A DNA stretch of 49,212 nt from Patescibacteria group bacterium. GTDB lineage: Bacteria > Patescibacteriota > Patescibacteriia > UBA2196. The notes under the pieces were generated by a model. It was not told where the DNA came from. It saw nothing but the letters and a program-made list of their open reading frames with translations, and did not search any database. The stretch covers positions 1 through 49,212 of the forward strand of contig JAQTPI010000002.1 in NCBI GenBank assembly GCA_028748975.1. The letters are read 5' to 3'. Both the position numbers and the translations under genes were made by a program. Each line of letters begins with the position of its first letter. The first letter of the stretch is position 1. Positions 1 through 8,213 of this stretch are shown here, one piece after another.

Positions 1-46
1 CCCCTCCCCGCCTTGACTGGCGAGGCAGGCTTATAAAGGAGGGGAG
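1..46. repeat. CCCCTCC-family element, partial at the window edge, with an inner GC-rich insert
   Basis: CCCCTCC...TTATAAAGGAGGGG. Confidence 0.55.
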
Positions 47-57
47 TTTCTATCGGT

Positions 58-1149
58 ATGAAAATCGCTTTAGTCCATGACATGCTGGTCCAAGAGGGCG
101 GACAGGAAAGAGTGTTAAGAGCGCTCCAGGAATTGTTTCCGGAAGCGCCGACTTTTGTTTTGATTTATGACCGCGATAAAAAAGAAAAATTTTACGCGGA
201 TAAAGATATTCGCCCCAGTTTTTTGCAGAATTTTCCATGGGTGGAAAAAAAATATCAATGGTATTTGCCTCTGATGTCTGCGGCCATGGAGGCCCATGAT
301 TTAGGCGGTTTTGATTTGATTTTGTCTTCCAGTTCTTCTTTTGCCAAAGGCGTGATCGCGGGTCCTGGCACAATTCATATTTGCTACTGCCACACACCCA
401 CGCGGTATTTGTGGTCCAATTGGCAGGGTTATGTGGAAGATCTGCCTTACCCGGATTTCATTAAGAAATTTTTGCCATTTTATCTTTCGCAGCTACGCCA
501 CTGGGATTGGAGCGCGGCGCAACGGGTGGACAAATTTTTGGCTAATTCCAAGACAGTTAAGGAACGCATCAAAAGATACTACGCGCGCGAAGCCGAGGTG
601 ATTTATCCGCCGGTGGACACGCAAAAATTTTTTATCGCGCCCCAAATCGGCAATTATTATTTGATGGGCGGCCGACTGGTGCCCTACAAGCGCTATGATT
701 TGGCGATTCGCGCTTTTAACAAATTAAATATTCCACTTAAAATTTTTGGCGTGGGGCCGGAATTAAATCGTCTCAAGGCAATGGCCAAAAAAAATATAGA
801 ATTTTTAGGCGAAATTAGCGAAACGGCCAAGGCCAAACTTTATGCCGAATGCCTGGCTTTCATTAATCCGCAGGAAGAAGATTTTGGCATCACCGCGGTG
901 GAGGCGATGGCCGCGGGCCGGCCGGTGATCGCGTATCGCGCTGGCGGGGCATTGGAGACGGTGAAAGAAAGGGAAACGGGCGTGTTTTTTAATGATCAGG
1001 AATGGGAAGATTTAGCCAACACCATCATTCATTTTCAGGCGGAAAAATTTAATCCAGCAATAATAAAAAATCACGCCGAGCAATTTGGGCGTGAGAAGTT
1101 TAAGGAAGGAATAAAAAAGTTTATTGATGAAATTATTGGAAAAAATTAA
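58..1149 (+). CDS. Glycosyltransferase family 4 (GT-B) protein
   Basis: N-terminal MKIALVHD..., C-terminal EDFGITAVEAMAAGRPVIA signature of GT4 enzymes. Confidence 0.92.
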   Translation: MKIALVHDMLVQEGGQERVLRALQELFPEAPTFVLIYDRDKKEKFYADKDIRPSFLQNFPWVEKKYQWYLPLMSAAMEAHDLGGFDLILSSSSSFAKGVIAGPGTIHICYCHTPTRYLWSNWQGYVEDLPYPDFIKKFLPFYLSQLRHWDWSAAQRVDKFLANSKTVKERIKRYYAREAEVIYPPVDTQKFFIAPQIGNYYLMGGRLVPYKRYDLAIRAFNKLNIPLKIFGVGPELNRLKAMAKKNIEFLGEISETAKAKLYAECLAFINPQEEDFGITAVEAMAAGRPVIAYRAGGALETVKERETGVFFNDQEWEDLANTIIHFQAEKFNPAIIKNHAEQFGREKFKEGIKKFIDEIIGKN

Positions 1150-3335
1150 TATTCAAAAACCCAGATCTTTCCGTTATTGATTTCGAAATATACTTTGGCA
1201 CTTTGTTTGGCGGCTGGAATAAGTTTTTTAAAATTGGTCCAATAATCGGCGAAGATGACAAAAACCGTGTCAACGCCGGTTATTTTTTTTGCCTCACTGA
1301 TAAATTCCGGCTTAATGCCCTGATAGGTAATATTTAAATAAATTTTGTATAGTGGGGAAGAGGTTGGTAGGGGATAATAAAAAGTTCCATTATAATATTT
1401 TTTAAAACCAAACTCTTGCAGGGCAGCGGCGGCGGTGGACTGGTTGGCCAGGACAAGATAGTTTTTATTAGCACTAAGGCCCTCAACAAGGCGCACGGCA
1501 GTCAAGTCATCAGCGGAGACGGCAAAACCTTTGTTTTTGATGATAGTATCGTAGCGCGGATAGACCAAGTATAAAATGGAAACAGCACAAAAAGCAGCGC
1601 CAATTAAAAGGAGAATAACTCCTTTTTTTGTTTTGATGGCGATTTCAAAAATGTAGGCCAGAGCGATTAAAACAAAAGGCAAAATGAAAAAATAGGCGGA
1701 GTGAACCAGGCGCAGGGGAAAAATATTTTGCTCGTAATTGATGACGGATTGAAAAGTAAAAAGTTTGAGTGCCAAAGCATTTATAAGTAGAATTAAAGAG
1801 GCGAGGATAAAAAATGATTTTGATGTTTTTTTGAACTTATAAAAACCAAAGATGGAAAGAATAATAACAAGCGGATAAAAAATTATTTTTAAAAGATAAA
1901 GTGAATGTAAAAAAGAATCAAAAGGAAGATAGAAAACGCTGTTTTTGGCAGAGATTAGAAGTTCGCGCAGATTTTGCCAATGGAAAGAAAGTTGAAAATT
2001 TGGGAGGATTAAGGAGGCGAGAAAAAAAGCGAGCGGAACGGCAACGATTGATAAAATTAATAGGATTAATAAAACTAATTTATTTTTTTGACGCAAGGAT
2101 AAAAAAAGACAAAAAGTTAGAGCGGAAATTCCGGCGAGAGGATGAATGAAGGTGATGGCCAGAGCGAGGAACCAGAGAAAGGGAGTGATTTTTTTATTGT
2201 CATTCCGAGGGAGCGAAGCGACCGAGGGAATCTCGGACGAGATCCCATCACCCCTCTCCGCCAACTGGCGGATCGGGGTTCGGGATGACATCCACGCAAA
2301 AGCAAAAAATACAAAACAGATAAGAAAAATATTTGCCAGATGCTGTGGAGTGGTGAAGAAGAAAGAAAAAAGAGTTAAGAGACCAGCGAAGACAGCGGAA
2401 AATTGGGCGGCGGATTTGGAAAAGTTATTTTTGACAAGGGTGAAGTAGGCGAGAGTCGGAATTAGAATTGAACCGAGTGCGGGAGCCAAAATTTTATCAA
2501 AAAAAGAAAAATTGATGGCAAAAAGTTTAGAAAAAATTATCACCAGAGAATATTGTCCGATGTAATAGGGGGTTTTGGGGAGCACGACACCTTCCAGAGA
2601 AATTATTTTTTCGGCGGCGCGGTGGACAAAGGGATCAAAGCCATAGCCGATTTTATAAACCACAAGCGCCACGGCGCTGGAAAGCAAAATGTATAAAAAA
2701 ATTAAGGGACCGTTTTTATTTTCTGGATGCTTGATAATTTTGTAGAAAAGAACTAATGATAACAAAAAATAGACAACGAAAAAATAGGAGGGAATGACTT
2801 GCCAAGGACTGACGATGACGGAAGTGGAGCGGTGGAATATAAGTATTAAAAGCAATAGAAGCAATAAAAGTACTATAAGTAATGATGATAGTGAAAATTT
2901 TGGAAAGTGTATTTTTTGTTGATTGTTAATTGTTAATTGCTTACTGTTTATTAGAATCGTTGGTAAAAGCAAAATTATGGCGATGTTCCAATCATGAAGG
3001 CCGATGAGGTAATAAAAAATTGAGCCGGTGATTATTAAATAGGTGCAAAGAAAGAGAAAGCCGAGGATTGGTTTAAAATAATCGTCATCCCGAGCGAAGC
3101 CCGCTTCGACCGCGAAGCGAGGCGAGCGATGGGATCTTTCGGATAAAGATTCCATCAGTCGTTCCGAATTTTCGGAACTCCTTCGGAATGACAATAAACC
3201 GCCAGTTTTAAAGGAAAAATAAAAAAGATAGGCAAGTCCAATGGGGACGCCAAGAAGCGGGCTTTTGAGCCATAAAACATTAATTACTGCGAGTATGGCT
3301 ACAAGAAATGATAATAAATGCTTGACAAATTTCAT
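1146..3335 (-). CDS. Large multi-pass membrane protein (possible GT-C-type glycosyltransferase) with two in-frame palindromic-element insertions
   Basis: 760-aa ORF; start moved to ATG at 3335 (MKFVKHLL); many hydrophobic segments and a GYGFDPFVH luminal motif; function inferred. Confidence 0.75.
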   Translation of the reverse strand: MKFVKHLLSFLVAILAVINVLWLKSPLLGVPIGLAYLFYFSFKTGGLLSFRRSSENSERLMESLSERSHRSPRFAVEAGFARDDDYFKPILGFLFLCTYLIITGSIFYYLIGLHDWNIAIILLLPTILINSKQLTINNQQKIHFPKFSLSSLLIVLLLLLLLLILIFHRSTSVIVSPWQVIPSYFFVVYFLLSLVLFYKIIKHPENKNGPLIFLYILLSSAVALVVYKIGYGFDPFVHRAAEKIISLEGVVLPKTPYYIGQYSLVIIFSKLFAINFSFFDKILAPALGSILIPTLAYFTLVKNNFSKSAAQFSAVFAGLLTLFSFFFTTPQHLANIFLICFVFFAFAWMSSRTPIRQLAERGDGISSEIPSVASLPRNDNKKITPFLWFLALAITFIHPLAGISALTFCLFLSLRQKNKLVLLILLILSIVAVPLAFFLASLILPNFQLSFHWQNLRELLISAKNSVFYLPFDSFLHSLYLLKIIFYPLVIILSIFGFYKFKKTSKSFFILASLILLINALALKLFTFQSVINYEQNIFPLRLVHSAYFFILPFVLIALAYIFEIAIKTKKGVILLLIGAAFCAVSILYLVYPRYDTIIKNKGFAVSADDLTAVRLVEGLSANKNYLVLANQSTAAAALQEFGFKKYYNGTFYYPLPTSSPLYKIYLNITYQGIKPEFISEAKKITGVDTVFVIFADYWTNFKKLIPAAKQSAKVYFEINNGKIWVFEY
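2198..2290. repeat. GTCAT...ATGAC element, 93 bp, in frame in the 1146-3335 CDS
   Basis: TGTCATTCCG...CGGGATGACA; translates as MSSRTPIRQLAERGDGISSEIPSVASLPRND. Confidence 0.9.
3083..3193. repeat. GTCAT...ATGAC element, 111 bp, in frame, with a nested 27-bp core (3100-3126)
   Basis: GTCATCCCGAG...CGGAATGAC. Confidence 0.9.
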
Positions 3336-3350
3336 AAGATGCGCTATACT
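3322..3350 (+). promoter_or_regulatory. Sigma70-type promoter of the 3406-4131 operon
   Basis: TTGACA (3322-3327), 17-bp spacer, TATACT (3345-3350). Confidence 0.7.
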
Positions 3351-3405
3351 TATAATACAAGAAAAATGGCTCTTTTTCAAATATGTTTGATAGGGGGACT
3401 GGAAG

Positions 3406-3618
3406 ATGAAGAAAGAGAGAAAAAACAAGAAGCAAAAAACGAGATGCCGCTATTGCAGAAAGAGTGGCGGCCGGATAAAGTACTACACAATTGCCGATGA
3501 TTTGGAAAACCCTAAACCATATCATCCCAAATGTAGGAAGAAGTTTAGATTAGAGGTTTTACAACAATTATGTTTAAACGATTTAGAGTGGAATAAGGCT
3601 GATAAAACAAACCATTAA
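3406..3618 (+). CDS. Small Cys/His-containing hypothetical protein (CxxC...HxxC, possible Zn finger)
   Basis: ORF downstream of the promoter, first of three co-oriented ORFs. Confidence 0.55.
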   Translation: MKKERKNKKQKTRCRYCRKSGGRIKYYTIADDLENPKPYHPKCRKKFRLEVLQQLCLNDLEWNKADKTNH

Positions 3619-3630
3619 ACAGGAGGCGGT

Positions 3631-3861
3631 ATGAAAAGAAACATGACGGTTGATATTAGGTTTGCGGAAGCTTGGAGGGGAGCCACAAAAGTTGTCATTC
3701 GTTCCGCTTTTGATGATTTTGTGGTTGTTATTCGCGGTCGATTTGAAGAAACAAAAAATAATTGCGATTTGGTAGAAGCAATTTTAAACAAGAATCAGAA
3801 TAGCAACGGAAAGCTTGCTACTGAAATCGCAAAGGGATTTAAAACTGAGATAGCGGGTTAA
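3631..3861 (+). CDS. Hypothetical protein, 76 aa
   Basis: AGGAGG at 3621-3626 before the ATG. Confidence 0.7.
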   Translation: MKRNMTVDIRFAEAWRGATKVVIRSAFDDFVVVIRGRFEETKNNCDLVEAILNKNQNSNGKLATEIAKGFKTEIAG

Positions 3862-3882
3862 ACCCAAACAGGAGGTGAAAAG

Positions 3883-4131
3883 ATGGGATATTTTTCAGCG
3901 ATGGACGGTTCGTTACACGTAGAAACGGAACCGATTCGAGGAAAGGGTGGTGAAGCCACCAGAACAAAAATAAAAATCACTGGCGACAAGTTGTATATTT
4001 GCGCGGAGATTGAGGGCTCTCCGTCGTGGCCAAAAATAAAAAAAGCTGTGGAGAATTTGGCCAAAAAAGGCCGGTTGGCTACCATGGATGTCGACCGGAG
4101 AATTGCCGAGGAACTGGAAAAACTCGGTTGA
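3883..4131 (+). CDS. Hypothetical protein, 82 aa
   Basis: AGGAGGTG SD at 3870; followed by a hairpin and U-tract. Confidence 0.72.
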   Translation: MGYFSAMDGSLHVETEPIRGKGGEATRTKIKITGDKLYICAEIEGSPSWPKIKKAVENLAKKGRLATMDVDRRIAEELEKLG

Positions 4132-4155
4132 AAATTTATTACGAGTAATTTAAAT

Positions 4156-4187
4156 GGGCTTGGCCAGCATTGGCAGGGCCCTTTTTT
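4156..4187 (+). terminator. Intrinsic terminator
   Basis: GGGC..GCCA/TGGC..GCCC hairpin followed by TTTTTT. Confidence 0.6.
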
Positions 4188-4216
4188 ATTTGGTTTTTTA
4201 GTGATAAGATTAAGAT

Positions 4217-5935
4217 ATGAATTGGTTTGAAAAAAATAAAGAAATTACCATCCTCGCTGTTGTGGGCGTGGTTTTCTTTTTGGTTTATTCTTTTTTGCCA
4301 TTGGCGCAGATGACACAAAGTCCAGTGCCAATGAGCGAAGTTTCCATGCGTTTTAATACGCCGGATGAAGTGACAAATAATTATTTTACTAATTTGTATG
4401 CTGACAGTGGCCAAATGTTTTATAAAGAGCCGTTGAATTTGCTGGTAGGTGGTATAATTTTTCCGCGCTGGGCCAGGACGATTGATGAGAAAATTACGCC
4501 TGGGACTTTTCAGGGCATAATTTTAATTTACGGCAATATTGCCAAAATTATCGGCCGAGCAACAATTCCTTTTTTAACCCCCTTTTTTGCCGCGCTCGGC
4601 GTGATATTTTTTTATCTTTTAGTAAAAGAATTTTGGGAAAAGAACGTGGCTTTTGTCTCCGCGCTTTTAATGTTTATTTTCCCGGGATTTTGGTATTATG
4701 CCTCGCGTACCATGTTTCATAACGTGTTATTTTTGGTGTGTCTTATTATAGGATTGTTTTTTTTAGTAAAATTAATAAAATCAAATAAAGATAGTGAAGA
4801 CGCGGAAGAACGCGGAATACTACGCGGAAGAACGCGGAAATTTCTAATAAGTATTTTTTGCGGGCTATTTTTTGGATTGGCGTTGATTACGAGAACTTCA
4901 GAGGTTGTTTGGATGGTTTTAATTGTTTTAATACTTTTAACTGTTTTAAAACCAAAGATAAAAGAATTTTGGCCATACGCGTTGATTAGTATTGTTATCT
5001 GCGCGTTGTGTTTTCTGCCCATACTTCATAATAATAAAATTTTTTATGGTTCGTATTTTTCTTTTGGTTATTCTTCTACTGTGACGACTGATTTGGAAGA
5101 TGTTTCTTCCGCGCGGCCAATTGGTCTGGTGCAAGCCCTGCTTTTACCATTTGGTTTCCATCCGATAATTATAGCTAAAGTTTTTTATAACTATATTTTG
5201 AAATTATTTTGGCCATGGCTGATCTTGTGGCTGGCAGGATTAATTTGGTTTTGGAAAAGCAAACCAAATAAAGAGCAAAAGTTATTTATTATTTCGTCGT
5301 TAGTTGTTAGTTGTTGGTTGATTGTTTATTATGGTTCCTGGAAGTTTTCTGATAATTTAGCCGGTTTCACAAGCATTGGTTCTTCCTATGTTAGATATTT
5401 TTTACCGGCTTTTGTTTTGGGTTTGCCTTTGGTGGCGTGGGGAATAGTAGAATTATCTAATAAGATCAATAAATTTGATAAAATCAATAAGAAAATCGTT
5501 TTTTGTTTATTGTTAATTGTTATTTGTTTATTGCCGTGTTTTAGTTATCGCCAGGTTTTTTGGAGCGGGCCCGAGGCGCTGATGGGCGTAAAAAATAGTT
5601 TGCTATCGTATCGCGAACAAGCGGCTGATGTTTTGAAAATTACCAAAGAAAATGATATTATTTTGGTTGATGTTTCGCAGGATAAAATTATTTTTCCGGA
5701 ACGGAAACACATAATCGTGCCGCAAGGCGGAGGCGAATTAAAACCAGTTAAAGCATTGTTAGAGATTACAAATGTTTGGTTTTTTTATCGTTCAGCCGAA
5801 GCAAACCCTGATTTTTTGAATGAGAAAAAATTTAAACCATATGGACTGGAGATTTATGACGGAAAGGAACTTAATGGCGGGGGAATGATTTTTAAAGTTA
5901 AGGAATTTGAAAGAAAACTCGGTGTGTCATCCTGA
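4217..5935 (+). CDS. ArnT/PMT-like (GT39/GT-C) membrane glycosyltransferase
   Basis: 572 aa polytopic protein, PDE motif after TM1, YVRYFLP motif; stop codon supplied by a repeat element. Confidence 0.78.
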   Translation: MNWFEKNKEITILAVVGVVFFLVYSFLPLAQMTQSPVPMSEVSMRFNTPDEVTNNYFTNLYADSGQMFYKEPLNLLVGGIIFPRWARTIDEKITPGTFQGIILIYGNIAKIIGRATIPFLTPFFAALGVIFFYLLVKEFWEKNVAFVSALLMFIFPGFWYYASRTMFHNVLFLVCLIIGLFFLVKLIKSNKDSEDAEERGILRGRTRKFLISIFCGLFFGLALITRTSEVVWMVLIVLILLTVLKPKIKEFWPYALISIVICALCFLPILHNNKIFYGSYFSFGYSSTVTTDLEDVSSARPIGLVQALLLPFGFHPIIIAKVFYNYILKLFWPWLILWLAGLIWFWKSKPNKEQKLFIISSLVVSCWLIVYYGSWKFSDNLAGFTSIGSSYVRYFLPAFVLGLPLVAWGIVELSNKINKFDKINKKIVFCLLLIVICLLPCFSYRQVFWSGPEALMGVKNSLLSYREQAADVLKITKENDIILVDVSQDKIIFPERKHIIVPQGGGELKPVKALLEITNVWFFYRSAEANPDFLNEKKFKPYGLEIYDGKELNGGGMIFKVKEFERKLGVSS

Positions 5936-6041
5936 GCGAAGGCCCCGTATCGCGGGGCTGAAGTCGAAGGATCCCTTAGACCTTTCAAATGAGAAAAGCG
6001 AAGGGATTCCTCGACTCCGCTTCGCTACGCTTGGAATGACA
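5925..6041. repeat. GTCAT...ATGAC element supplying the TGA of the upstream gene
   Basis: TGTCATCCTGAG...GGAATGACA. Confidence 0.9.
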
Positions 6042-6058
6042 AACATTATTTTTATTTT

Positions 6059-6637
6059 ATGAAATTGTGGAAAATAATTTTAATTCTTATAATTTTAGTC
6101 ACTTTCTGTTGGTTGTTTTATCTTGACTTCGTGCCGGGCAAAAATTTTTCAGTCAATTATAGTTTTTGCAAAAAAGAGGCCAAAGTGAGCGAATTGTCGC
6201 CGGGCGACCGACTTTTCCCAATTGAGAAATTTGATGGTTGGTGCCAGCAGAGAATTGCCGGAAGCCCGGTGTATTTTGACGTGCGAACGCCGCAATATTT
6301 TGACCGGGCGGTGGTGGAGGTTAAATATAAAAATCCAGCCGGACAAAAATTTCAGTTTGGGCCGCAAACGATTAAAAATGAATGGCAATGGCTTTTGATT
6401 GATATTAAAGAAATTGGGAAAGAAGGCGAATGGCAAATTGGCCGGGCGGAGTTTGATTTGCGCGGAGTTTATCAAAACTCGCCCATGATGCGCTGGCTGA
6501 TTTCCGCGCCGGAGATTGAAAAAGTTGGCCAGCCGATTATTATCAGTGAAATTAAAATTACTTTTGAAAAAGAGAAAGTTAATTTTGGCAATTTGGGCGA
6601 ACAGGTGAAAGATTATTTAAGAAAGATAGTTAGATAA
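6059..6637 (+). CDS. Hypothetical exported/membrane-anchored protein
   Basis: N-terminal hydrophobic anchor, 192 aa, in operon context. Confidence 0.78.
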   Translation: MKLWKIILILIILVTFCWLFYLDFVPGKNFSVNYSFCKKEAKVSELSPGDRLFPIEKFDGWCQQRIAGSPVYFDVRTPQYFDRAVVEVKYKNPAGQKFQFGPQTIKNEWQWLLIDIKEIGKEGEWQIGRAEFDLRGVYQNSPMMRWLISAPEIEKVGQPIIISEIKITFEKEKVNFGNLGEQVKDYLRKIVR

Positions 6638-6648
6638 TTTTTTAAAGT

Positions 6649-7362
6649 ATGAAAGTTAAAAAAATAAGTTTATACAAAAGATTGGATAAAAGAATAATTG
6701 GAGAATATTCTAGATTTAAGTTTGGGGACGAGAAAATGATTATAAAATATTCAAAAATGTTGGCAACTGTTATAAAAAAACAATTGAAAGATGGCAAAAA
6801 GTATATTATTTATACAACAAGTCAATCACCTTTAAACAAATATGTCAGACAAAGTTCTTTTGTTATGTCAGAGCGGGTTGCTAAATATTTAAACCTAAAA
6901 TTGATTGTTGGGCAATATAAATATTCATATAATAAGGAAACTTTTTATGATAATTCTGATGATTGGGAGCGGGATAATAGAAATATTCATAGACCACATC
7001 TAAATGGTAAAAAACAATTGCGCGGGGGTTATGATGTTTTGATGATAGATGATTCAATTGTGAGCGGAAGATCGCTGAAAGCTTCTGTTGATGAGCTGAA
7101 AAAAATCACAAAAAATGTAATGTTTTTTTCAATAATTAATTTAAAAAACAAGAGATATACCGAAGAAGAAGTGAATAATTTTTATTTTAAGAAAAAGGGA
7201 ATTATTTTTTTAAAAAGAATTCTTGAATCAAAGCATGCTTTTACAACTCAATTTATAAGAATTTTCGAAGAATTGGATTTGTATGAAAAGAAAATATTAT
7301 TAAAATCAATAAATAAAAACATAGCCGCCCAACTCAACAAAGCAATAAATATTTATGTCTAA
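6649..7362 (+). CDS. Type I phosphoribosyltransferase-like protein (AT-rich gene)
   Basis: VLMIDDSIVSGRSL matches the PRPP-binding motif of type I PRTases. Confidence 0.68.
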   Translation: MKVKKISLYKRLDKRIIGEYSRFKFGDEKMIIKYSKMLATVIKKQLKDGKKYIIYTTSQSPLNKYVRQSSFVMSERVAKYLNLKLIVGQYKYSYNKETFYDNSDDWERDNRNIHRPHLNGKKQLRGGYDVLMIDDSIVSGRSLKASVDELKKITKNVMFFSIINLKNKRYTEEEVNNFYFKKKGIIFLKRILESKHAFTTQFIRIFEELDLYEKKILLKSINKNIAAQLNKAINIYV

Positions 7363-7567
7363 ATTTATAAATAAAATTTTTATTGGTGGTTTGATTTTTT
7401 TTCTGGTATTTTTTGCTTTGGAGTTGGTGAAAGAAGGGTTTGTGTCAAATTATTTTGATTTAAATATAGTTTTATTAATTGTGGTTATTTTTGGTATAAT
7501 GAGTTTAATATTAAAAAGGTGTCATCCTGAGGACCCCGAGTACTCGGGGGACGAAGGATCTCACTAG
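7355..7567 (+). CDS. Small two-TM membrane protein; C-terminus derived from a palindromic element
   Basis: Overlaps the upstream stop; two hydrophobic helices; last ~15 aa (CHPEDPEYSGDEGSH) read from the element starting at 7520. Confidence 0.62.
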   Translation: MSKFINKIFIGGLIFFLVFFALELVKEGFVSNYFDLNIVLLIVVIFGIMSLILKRCHPEDPEYSGDEGSH

Positions 7568-7687
7568 TTGTCATCCCAGCGAAAGCTGGGATCCAGAAAA
7601 AACAACGACGTGGATTCCGGGTCAAGCCCGGAATGACAAACAGCTACGAGATTCCTCGGCCGATGCGTTATCGGCCTCGGAATGACA
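7520..7687. repeat. Nested GTCAT elements (inner dRS3-like element at 7569-7638)
   Basis: Two complete sets of TGTCAT...ATGACA termini, one inside the other. Confidence 0.9.
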
Positions 7688-7699
7688 ACCGCATAGTTT

Positions 7700-8113
7700 A
7701 TGGACAATTGTTTATTTTGCAAAATCATTGCCGGGGAAATTCCGGCCGAAAAGGTCTATGAAGATGAAAAAGTGCTGGCGATTTTGGATATTAAGCCGGT
7801 GAATCCCGGTGATGTTTTGATTATTACTAAAGAACACGCTGAAGATATGCTCGGCGCGAGCAAGGAAAACATTGAAGCAGCTATAATGGCGGCGCAAAAG
7901 ATGGGGCTGATTTTAAAGAAAGCACTTGGCGCTGGCGGAGTTAATATTCGCATTAATAATGGGGAGTTGGCCGAACAAATGATTAAACATGCCCATATTC
8001 ACGTTATTCCGCGTTTTGAAAACGATGGAAGAGTTGATTGGGTTGGGAAAGAATACGGCCCAGGCGAATTTGAAGCGATGGGAGAGAAAATACGGCAAGC
8101 ATTTAAGGAATAG
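7700..8113 (+). CDS. HIT family hydrolase
   Basis: CLFCKIIAGEIP start and HAHIHVIPR histidine triad. Confidence 0.93.
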   Translation: MDNCLFCKIIAGEIPAEKVYEDEKVLAILDIKPVNPGDVLIITKEHAEDMLGASKENIEAAIMAAQKMGLILKKALGAGGVNIRINNGELAEQMIKHAHIHVIPRFENDGRVDWVGKEYGPGEFEAMGEKIRQAFKE

Positions 8114-8213
8114 AAGTAATAAAAGTATTATAGTATTAAAAGTAAAAACGACCACAATCCGTGATCGTTTTTTATTACTATTATTACTTTTAATACTTTT
8201 ATTACTGTTATTG
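8109..8213. repeat. Inverted 9-mer array between the convergent HIT and PEGA genes
   Basis: (AATAAAAGT)n...(ACTTTTATT)n around AAAAACGA...TCGTTTTT. Confidence 0.7.
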
